The notes beneath the pieces are model-generated. The model made no database searches, was not told the DNA's origin, and was given only the letters and a program-made list of their open reading frames with translations. Source: a virus (lineage: Duplodnaviria > Heunggongvirae > Uroviricota > Caudoviricetes). Taken from it: a stretch of 4,132 nucleotides of DNA. Of this stretch, positions 1 through 4,132 are shown one piece after another. Location: IMG/VR virus record IMGVR_UViG_2778261667_000003; one strand, 5' to 3'. Both the position numbers and the translations under genes were made by a program. Within the stretch, counting starts at the first letter, position 1. Each line of letters opens with the position of its first letter.

Positions 1-124
1 AATTCATTGATTGTACATTTTGATTAGATTGGTTCACCGCTCGACGTAACGAGACAAATCCTCAAGGATTTCGTATGATTGCCATGTCATAGTTATGGCT
101 GCGCAATACAGGTGGCTAAAAGCC

Positions 125-149
125 CCCGTTGACTCACGGTGTTCCAACC
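125..149 (+). repeat. Copy 1 of a 25-nt module CCC-N-TTGAC-N7-GTTCCAACC
   Basis: Same module recurs at 685-709 with identical spacing; 19 of 25 positions identical, including the 9-mer GTTCCAACC and the 5-mer TTGAC. Confidence 0.6.
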
Positions 150-157
150 TGTATTGC
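129..157 (+). promoter_or_regulatory. Candidate sigma70-like promoter: TTGACT (129-134), 17-nt spacer, TATTGC (152-157). The spacer contains the GTTCCAACC box (141-149).
   Basis: Read directly: good -35, weak -10, correct spacing, about 55 nt upstream of an RBS-bearing small ORF. No transcription data. Confidence 0.3.
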
Positions 158-211
158 GCCGCCACCAGACCGTGGAACAGTCGATGGCGGCTTCGAAAGC
201 AAGGAGTCACT

Positions 212-307
212 ATGAACAGTTACAAACTTTTCCCATCACTCACCGTCTACTCACGCAATAACCTGCGTTCTTTGCTCCCATCACAACTGGAGGGAGTATC
301 AAAATGA
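212..307 (+). CDS. Small ORF, 31 aa (MNSYKLFPSLTVYSRNNLRSLLPSQLEGVSK), hypothetical. Its stop TGA (305-307) overlaps the next ORF's ATG (304-306) in an ATGA arrangement.
   Basis: AAGGAG (201-206) sits 5 nt upstream of ATG 212. The track's longer version (95-307) starts at an ATG with no Shine-Dalgarno and would span the promoter-like module, so the shorter start is preferred. No recognisable domain. Confidence 0.35.
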   Translation: MNSYKLFPSLTVYSRNNLRSLLPSQLEGVSK

Positions 308-471
308 CCGTTCGCTACCTCAACTTTCAAATCCAGAACATTACTGGCGGTTGCTATGACTGGTTTGTCACTCTCGGAAAAGAAGTGATCACCGGGAAGC
401 TGGATGAAGTGAAAGCTAAAGCAATGGCCTACGCCTGCAAGCAAGCCCGGAAGAAATCTGCCAAAGCATAA
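304..471 (+). CDS. Small hypothetical protein, 55 aa (MTVRYLNFQIQNITGGCYDWFVTLGKEVITGKLDEVKAKAMAYACKQARKKSAKA), lysine-rich basic C-terminus
   Basis: GGAGGGAG (289-296) sits 7 nt upstream of ATG 304; stop TAA 469-471. Below the 60-aa cutoff of the ORF track, so I translated it by hand. Family not recognised. Confidence 0.55.
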   Translation: MTVRYLNFQIQNITGGCYDWFVTLGKEVITGKLDEVKAKAMAYACKQARKKSAKA

Positions 472-482
472 AATACTGACTG

Positions 483-512
483 TTGCGCCCTGGCATTATC
501 GTGGGGTATATT
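483..512 (+). promoter_or_regulatory. Weak candidate promoter: TTGCGC (483-488), 18-nt spacer, TATATT (507-512), which could drive a short transcript ending at the 576-598 terminator
   Basis: Read directly: good -10, poor -35. Speculative. Confidence 0.2.
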
Positions 513-518
513 TCTACG

Positions 519-598
519 GCACCTTAGAAAAACGGGTGCCGGGATTGGAACCCCGGATAATGTCAAAGGCGACACAGACGCCGAAAGCGTCTTTTTTT
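519..598 (+). ncRNA. Candidate small RNA or processed 3' UTR (about 80 nt) carrying hairpin B with loop AUUGGAAC and ending at an intrinsic terminator
   Basis: Non-coding interval bounded by a possible promoter (483-512) and a strong terminator (576-598). Contains a GC-clamped hairpin whose loop has a YUNR-like UUGG motif. No homolog identified; ends are guesses. Confidence 0.25.
539..556 (+). other. Hairpin B: stem CCGGG/CCCGG (539-543 with 552-556), 8-nt loop ATTGGAAC (544-551)
   Basis: Perfect 5-bp all-GC stem. The loop's 7-nt core TTGGAAC is the reverse complement of the core of the GTTCCAACC boxes at 141-149 and 701-709. Confidence 0.5.
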
Positions 599-603
599 GT
601 GTC
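571..603 (+). terminator. Rho-independent terminator: stem AGACGC/GCGTCT (576-581 with 587-592), loop CGAAA, then T-run 593-598; flanked by an outer inverted repeat GACAC/GTGTC (571-575 with 599-603)
   Basis: Canonical GC-rich hairpin followed by a run of T on the + strand. It lies after the small-ORF operon and hairpin B. Confidence 0.7.
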
Positions 604-684
604 ATGCCATCGCACAGCCATACGTAGCGTTTAGCTCAGAGATCAATGGTAGTGCTGGCTGGGCTGCCGAAAGGCAGGCCGGTT

Positions 685-709
685 CCCTTTGACGCCGGTA
701 GTTCCAACC
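685..709 (+). repeat. Copy 2 of the module CCC-N-TTGAC-N7-GTTCCAACC
   Basis: Direct repeat of 125-149, lying about 75 bp upstream of the Icd-like gene start. Confidence 0.6.
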
Positions 710-724
710 CAGTCAGTGCTACCG
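696..724 (+). other. Hairpin C: stem CGGTAG/CTACCG (696-701 with 719-724), 17-nt loop containing TTCCAACC
   Basis: Perfect 6-bp stem. Its loop is complementary to the loops of hairpins B and B'. Confidence 0.4.
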
Positions 725-728
725 CCAT

Positions 729-744
729 TGAGATTGGAACCTCA
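729..744 (+). other. Hairpin B': stem TGAG/CTCA (729-732 with 741-744), 8-nt loop ATTGGAAC (733-740), identical to the loop of hairpin B
   Basis: Same loop on a different stem sequence, which is covariation-like support for a conserved stem-loop. The stem is only 4 bp, so it is weak alone. Confidence 0.4.
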
Positions 745-763
745 CGCGGTAGCTCCTTAACTT
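734..763 (+). promoter_or_regulatory. Possible promoter for the Icd-like/Rha operon: TTGGAA (734-739), 18-nt spacer, TAACTT (758-763)
   Basis: Weak match to both hexamers. The -35 candidate coincides with the loop of hairpin B'. A transcript starting here would have a very short leader before the RBS at 771-775. Low confidence. Confidence 0.2.
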
Positions 764-783
764 AGTCAAAGGAGGCTGCCAAT

Positions 784-999
784 ATGGCTACTATCCCTAC
801 CCCAACTCATTCTGAATTTATCTGGCGTTTCTATTCCTGCCAAAAACACCTCTATATCTGCGTAATGGCTGCTACCGAAGCAGAGGCGCGCTCATACCTT
901 CCCGAAGAACCCTGCATTTTTGCTGCTCGCTTCACCCTTGATGCGATGGAGATCCTCAATTACTGGAATCTGCCGATGAACTGCGTGGAGGTGCACTGA
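784..999 (+). CDS. Small protein, 71 aa, resembling phage P4-type 'host cell division inhibitor Icd-like' proteins
   Basis: Strong RBS AAAGGAGG (768-775) 8 nt upstream of ATG 784. The sequence has FIWRF, ATEAEAR and FAARF motifs that I recall from Icd-like proteins of P4-like prophages; this is recollection, not an alignment. Stop TGA 997-999 overlaps the next ATG (TGATG). Confidence 0.6.
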   Translation: MATIPTPTHSEFIWRFYSCQKHLYICVMAATEAEARSYLPEEPCIFAARFTLDAMEILNYWNLPMNCVEVH

Positions 1000-1622
1000 T
1001 GAATCTGTCCATCTCTCAAAAAGCGACAATGACCAGCATTGAGATCGCGGAACTGGTAGGTAAGCGCCCTGATAACGTTAAACGCACCATTGAACACCTA
1101 GCGGAACGGGGCGTAATATCTTTTCCTCAAATTGAGGAAAAGCCCACCGCAGGCCGCCCGGCGAGCTATTACGTCTTCGAAGGCGAGCAAGGCAAGCGCG
1201 ATAGCATTATTGTCGTCGCGCAGCTCTCTCCGGAATTCACCGCCCGGCTGGTGGACCGCTGGCGCGAACTGGAGAATGCCAGGGGACCGTTAAAATCAAA
1301 AGCCGAAATCCTGGCCGAAATGGCGCAAATGCATCTTGAGCATGAACGCCGGATCAACGCCGTTAATGCCCAGGTAGCCGAAGTATCGGCACAAGTGTCC
1401 AAAGTCGCTGAAACCGTCGAGCAGATCAAGAAAGGCAATATTCCGGAAGGCTACATTGGCTATCGCCAGTTAGCGGCGAAATGCGGCCTGACCGAAGCCA
1501 AATGTCGCAACCTGGTCAACGCTTACCGGATCCCCACCGATACGCATGAGTTTTTAACTCCCGATGGTTTGCTTGCGAGACGCTCCATTGTGGCCCTAGC
1601 CCCCCTTCCGGAAAGCCTTTAA
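999..1622 (+). CDS. Rha-family phage regulatory protein, 207 aa: N-terminal Rha-like domain, central predicted coiled coil, short C-terminal segment with a possible helix-turn-helix
   Basis: GGAGG (987-991) 7 nt upstream of ATG 999. N-terminal SIEIAELVGKRPDNVKRTIEHL matches the conserved core of the phage Rha regulatory domain from memory. Residues around 120-150 (VNAQVAEVSAQVSKVAETVEQIKKG) look like a heptad-type helix, and GYRQLAAKCGLTEAKCRNLVNAY is HTH-like. Stop TAA 1620-1622. Confidence 0.8.
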   Translation: MNLSISQKATMTSIEIAELVGKRPDNVKRTIEHLAERGVISFPQIEEKPTAGRPASYYVFEGEQGKRDSIIVVAQLSPEFTARLVDRWRELENARGPLKSKAEILAEMAQMHLEHERRINAVNAQVAEVSAQVSKVAETVEQIKKGNIPEGYIGYRQLAAKCGLTEAKCRNLVNAYRIPTDTHEFLTPDGLLARRSIVALAPLPESL

Positions 1623-1629
1623 GCAGGTT

Positions 1630-1926
1630 ATGTCGGAGGCCGAACCACGTAATAAACGCTGGTATCATCCAAAAATGGGCCTCTTTCAGGCAATCAACCA
1701 TCCTTTACCGGAACTCCCAAAAGATAATCTGTCACTGCATACAGCCAGAGAGAAGATCAGAAGTGGATATGCAACGGTATGCCGTCGCGCATCATGGTCT
1801 GAAGGTGTATGGGTATGGCCCGAAGGTGGATCAAGAAAGCACTGGCGCACTATCCGGGATGGGAAAATCCATGCTATTGATTTAGCGCCAGAGGATATGG
1901 CTGCTATGGACTGGATTGTTAGTTAA
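1630..1926 (+). CDS. Small hypothetical protein, 98 aa, with a CRRASW ... EDMAAMDW pattern typical of a small phage/bacterial domain of unknown function
   Basis: ATG 1630 lies 8 nt after the Rha stop, suggesting coupling, but the upstream AGCAGG is too close to be a good Shine-Dalgarno. The R-R-x-S-W and DxxAxDW-I/V motifs resemble a DUF family (possibly DUF2829; the number is from memory and uncertain). Stop TAA 1924-1926. Confidence 0.5.
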   Translation: MSEAEPRNKRWYHPKMGLFQAINHPLPELPKDNLSLHTAREKIRSGYATVCRRASWSEGVWVWPEGGSRKHWRTIRDGKIHAIDLAPEDMAAMDWIVS

Positions 1927-1935
1927 TTACTGTTG

Positions 1936-1958
1936 CCCCGGTGCCGCCGGGGATTTAA
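1936..1958 (+). terminator. Candidate terminator: GC-only stem CCCCGG/CCGGGG (1936-1941 with 1947-1952), loop TGCCG, followed by ATTTAA
   Basis: Perfect 6-bp GC stem 10 nt after the stop of the 98-aa ORF. The downstream U-tract is short and interrupted, so this is moderate at best. Convergent with the - strand operon. Confidence 0.4.
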
Positions 1959-2061
1959 CTGCTAAATAAATCTGACTCTCCGTGCAATGAAAAGATAGGC
2001 TTGAGCAAGCAATTCCCCGCAGCTATCGTGCAGGGAATGCAGCATCCCTGATTAAAGGGAT

Positions 2062-2454
2062 TTAAAACTCGCCTGCGCGCTGTTTTTCAAGCACAGATTT
2101 AACATTTGGCGCTTTACCTTCAAAAGAATGGAAAGTGCCACATTTTTCTGTCTTCACCTCGCGCAGAGCTTCGCCATCGGCGTTCTGCCATTGATGGGAT
2201 AATGTCATATCACCGCGAGAAGGAACATCAAGCGAGTACTGCGTGTAGGTTCCCCCCATCTCCGCATACTCCTGGAACACATAGCTCATTACGTCAGATT
2301 CAGTTTTCTGATGCGCGTTATCGACCTTATTCCCATTCAGAAATATGGCATCCGGATAGATTTTTATATCAAACTGACCGCACTTAACTTGTAAATTTCC
2401 AGCACTCGCGATCAAAGGGAAAGACGCCAGTAAAGCAATAGCCAATCTTTTCAA
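2062..2454 (-). CDS. Secreted periplasmic protein, 130 aa, with a PliC/MliC-like fold pattern (lysozyme-inhibitor family), two Cys
   Basis: TTG start at 2452-2454 with GGAGG 5 nt upstream on the - strand. N-terminal signal peptide MKRLAIALLASFPLIASA with an ASA cleavage motif. Mature part has one Cys near the N-terminus (KCGQF) and one near the C-terminus (EKCGTF), with a W-x-x-x-D-G-E-A segment reminiscent of the MliC/PliC W-x-K-G-D-E-A motif. The SGSGA inhibitory motif is not evident, so function is uncertain. Stop TAA at 2062-2064. Confidence 0.65.
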   Translation of the reverse strand: MKRLAIALLASFPLIASAGNLQVKCGQFDIKIYPDAIFLNGNKVDNAHQKTESDVMSYVFQEYAEMGGTYTQYSLDVPSRGDMTLSHQWQNADGEALREVKTEKCGTFHSFEGKAPNVKSVLEKQRAGEF

Positions 2455-2474
2455 TTCTGCCTCCGTTGCGTAAC

Positions 2475-3098
2475 TTATTGACCGTGCTTTTTACACCATT
2501 GCTCTGCCATTTGTTTGGCCAAAGGTCCAGCCACTGCACTGTATTCTGCTGTTTTGCTTTGCACACATGATGCAGATGGTTTTTTATTGCGCTGCTCGGT
2601 TAGTTGGCGCTCATAAGCCATCATGCTATCGAACCCGGCAACATCACTCTGGCGAAGCATTCCCTTTTTAACCAAAAATTGCTGCCCCTCGGGCACCAAA
2701 GCAAGCATAAAAAGCGGTTGCAATAACTCACCTAACCCTTGCTGGCGATACACTTCGAATTGCTGCCATCCCTGACTTAATCTGGCAAGAGTATCTTTTG
2801 TTGAATAACCTGTTTTTGTTATAGCTTTGTCCGTCAGATACGCTGTATATGCAAAAACGCAAAAGTCAGATTTACCAATAAACTGAGTTCCAACTGGCCG
2901 TAATGGAATGCCCTCCCTCTTGCAAAAGTCCATAATTGCCGCTTGTGAATGATCCCCACCAGCGTTATTCATAACCTGCTGCCCTGCCCTGAATTGTGCG
3001 GGTAACGCAGTTGCATTGGCCATATTAACAGATACGCATCCCAACATAGCCGCGAGCGCGGTCCCTAAAACCCTTAACTTCACTACACCGTCCTTCAT
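2475..3098 (-). CDS. Predicted lipoprotein/exported protein, 207 aa, function unknown; first gene of a two-gene - strand operon
   Basis: N-terminus MKDGVVKLRVLGTALAAMLGC has a positively charged n-region, a hydrophobic core and a lipobox-like MLGC (Cys 21). ATG 3096-3098 has no clear Shine-Dalgarno; an in-frame GTG at 3081-3083 is preceded by AAGGA at 7 nt, so the true start may be 15 nt downstream. Stop TAA 2475-2477, 20 nt before the next gene's RBS. Confidence 0.7.
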   Translation of the reverse strand: MKDGVVKLRVLGTALAAMLGCVSVNMANATALPAQFRAGQQVMNNAGGDHSQAAIMDFCKREGIPLRPVGTQFIGKSDFCVFAYTAYLTDKAITKTGYSTKDTLARLSQGWQQFEVYRQQGLGELLQPLFMLALVPEGQQFLVKKGMLRQSDVAGFDSMMAYERQLTEQRNKKPSASCVQSKTAEYSAVAGPLAKQMAEQWCKKHGQ

Positions 3099-3311
3099 GT
3101 AAACAAAATGAGGTTTTATGTTATAAAAACTATCAACTACATCAACATGATTTAGGCCAAGTTTCGGTCAAATAATAAAATCCTCAAAAAGTGGTTGACA
3201 CTATTCTGGAAATCACAAACTGCACATAATCCATCGCGCTAACGGCTCCCGTTGAAGGTTCTTTTGACGATTAACTTTCAGCCGAAGCGCGGTAGGGAGT
3301 CACGCCAAAGC

Positions 3312-3336
3312 AGGCCGCCATGTGCGGCCTTTTTTT
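3312..3336 (+). terminator. Strong rho-independent terminator: stem AGGCCGC/GCGGCCT (3312-3318 with 3324-3330), loop CATGT, T-run 3330-3336
   Basis: Perfect 7-bp GC-rich stem followed by 7 T on the + strand. It lies only 27 nt upstream of the ATG of the next gene, with the RBS in between. Confidence 0.75.
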
Positions 3337-3363
3337 GTATCCGTCATCCGTGGAGGAAGGACA

Positions 3364-4017
3364 ATGGAGAAGATAGCAATATTCAGCCTGACCACCAGCA
3401 AACCGCAAATGCTCACTGCAATACTGAAAGACGGCGCTCTCGTGATTAACGAAGTAAAACCCCTTCCCGCGTCAGCATTGGAACAAAAGCAAAAAATTCC
3501 TCCAGCTATAGCAGCCCTGCGGAAAAGCAAATTTAAGGTACTGGTAGACGAAATTACACCAACGATCTCCGCTGGCACCGGAGCAAGCCAGGTGACTCTC
3601 AAGACCCGTCATGCCGATGGTAGAGCAGCAATCATCGTCGGGATGGAAAGATACAGAGAGTTAAAACTCCAGAAACTATTATCCCTGCCGCAAAATAACA
3701 AAGGTGCTTTCGAAATCCCCGACTCTATCGTTGATACCGAATACAACGGTAACGGAGAAGAAGTCTACAGGGTGAACTGGCAGGATATCAGGCCGGAACA
3801 TATTCTGATGATCCTGTGTTGCTACGCGACCGTATACCACAACGTTGCCAGTGCGGATTACGTAGAGCAGATGACCGGTACAGTCGAGAAAGAGCAAAAA
3901 ACAGGCATACTCGCTTCGTTCCTTTCCATTATTGGGCATGAAAAGGTTAAAGCAGGCAGTTCCCAGCCAAAGTCACTGGCTGGGAAAGAAGTTGATGAAG
4001 ATACCGTGATACTTTGA
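3364..4017 (+). CDS. Hypothetical protein, 217 aa, acidic C-terminus, no signal peptide, no recognisable domain
   Basis: Strong RBS GGAGGAAGG (3352-3360) just upstream of ATG 3364. The track's longer version starts at GTG 3322, inside the terminator hairpin, which is implausible. Long open frame with stop TGA 4015-4017. Confidence 0.7.
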   Translation: MEKIAIFSLTTSKPQMLTAILKDGALVINEVKPLPASALEQKQKIPPAIAALRKSKFKVLVDEITPTISAGTGASQVTLKTRHADGRAAIIVGMERYRELKLQKLLSLPQNNKGAFEIPDSIVDTEYNGNGEEVYRVNWQDIRPEHILMILCCYATVYHNVASADYVEQMTGTVEKEQKTGILASFLSIIGHEKVKAGSSQPKSLAGKEVDEDTVIL

Positions 4018-4132
4018 TCACATCAGTAGCTTTGTTAACTCCTTCAATACCAGGTAGAAGAGTAACAAAAACACTGACGTTGACACCTGCTTAGTTAAAG
4101 AAGCACTAATGAATTTATTCAATAAATCAATC

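Noticed and set aside
95-307. Track ORF of 70 aa starting at ATG 95
   Set aside because: The ATG at 95 has no Shine-Dalgarno and the frame would span the promoter-like module. The in-frame ATG at 212 with AAGGAG is the more plausible start, though the longer form cannot be excluded.
247-444. Minus-strand ORF of 65 aa
   Set aside because: It lies entirely antisense to the RBS-supported 55-aa ORF and has no ribosome-binding site, so it is likely a shadow frame.
625-730. tRNA-like fragments (TAGCTCAGAG...GGTAG resembling a D-loop, GTTCCAACC resembling a T-loop, ACCGCCA resembling a 3' end)
   Set aside because: I could not fold a cloverleaf: no 7-bp acceptor stem, no anticodon arm, and the D- and T-stem partners do not pair. 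More likely structured leader RNA, or at most a degenerate tRNA-derived remnant.
1169-1438. Minus-strand ORF of 89 aa inside the Rha-family gene
   Set aside because: Antisense shadow of a well-supported gene; its Ser/Ala/Cys-rich composition is typical of a reverse-frame artefact.
1516-1701. Minus-strand ORF of 61 aa
   Set aside because: It overlaps the end of the Rha-family gene and the start of the 98-aa ORF on the opposite strand, with no RBS.
2031-2061. Overlapping hairpins CAGGGA/TCCCTG and TCCCT/AGGGA downstream of the - strand operon as its terminator
   Set aside because: On the - strand the hairpin is not followed by a U-tract, so an intrinsic terminator is not supported, though some 3' end structure may exist.
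2106-2566. Track ORFs 2106-2387 (+) and 2384-2566 (-)
   Set aside because: Both overlap the well-supported - strand operon in alternative frames and lack ribosome-binding sites.
3195-3230. TTGACA (3195-3200) with CATAAT (3225-3230) as a sigma70 promoter
   Set aside because: The spacer is 24 nt, far from the 16-18 nt optimum, and no better -10 lies at the correct distance. Kept only as a possibility in the leader finding.
3252-3602. Track ORFs 3252-3449 (+) and 3300-3602 (-), and the GTG-extended 3322 start of the 217-aa gene
   Set aside because: They run through the strong terminator hairpin at 3312-3336 and lack an RBS. The real start of the long gene is ATG 3364 behind GGAGGAAGG.
3679-3939. 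Minus-strand ORF of 86 aa inside the 217-aa gene
   Set aside because: Antisense shadow frame with no RBS.
1-4132. Inverted 8-mer at the window ends (AATTCATT at 1-8, AATGAATT at 4108-4115) as possible element termini
   Set aside because: Short, AT-rich and expected by chance; no extended terminal inverted repeat or target-site duplication is visible.
1-4132. CRISPR arrays, rRNA, canonical tRNA, IS elements/transposases, integrase
   Set aside because: No regularly spaced direct repeats, no rRNA-like or cloverleaf sequence, and no ORF with transposase or integrase character were seen.

Overview
The window (about 50% GC, enterobacterial-looking; taxonomy is inference) reads as the regulatory/accessory region of a prophage- or satellite-like mobile element, and nothing here can be confirmed by database search. 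On the + strand there are two overlapping small ORFs (31 and 55 aa), then a roughly 300 bp non-coding stretch with a strong intrinsic terminator and three hairpins, then a translationally coupled operon: a 71 aa Icd-like protein, a 207 aa Rha-family regulator and a 98 aa small protein. A convergent - strand operon encodes a predicted lipoprotein (207 aa) followed by a small periplasmic protein with a PliC/MliC-like pattern (130 aa, TTG start). Last is a + strand 217 aa orphan protein whose ribosome-binding site sits directly behind a strong terminator. No rRNA, canonical tRNA, CRISPR array, transposase or integrase is visible. The most interesting signal is in the 5' region: two hairpins present the identical 8-nt loop ATTGGAAC on different stems, and the complementary box GTTCCAACC occurs twice, once inside a promoter-like module and once in a third hairpin loop just upstream of the Icd-like gene. 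This resembles an antisense-RNA (phage P4 CI-RNA-like) or operator-based immunity switch, but that reading is inference.
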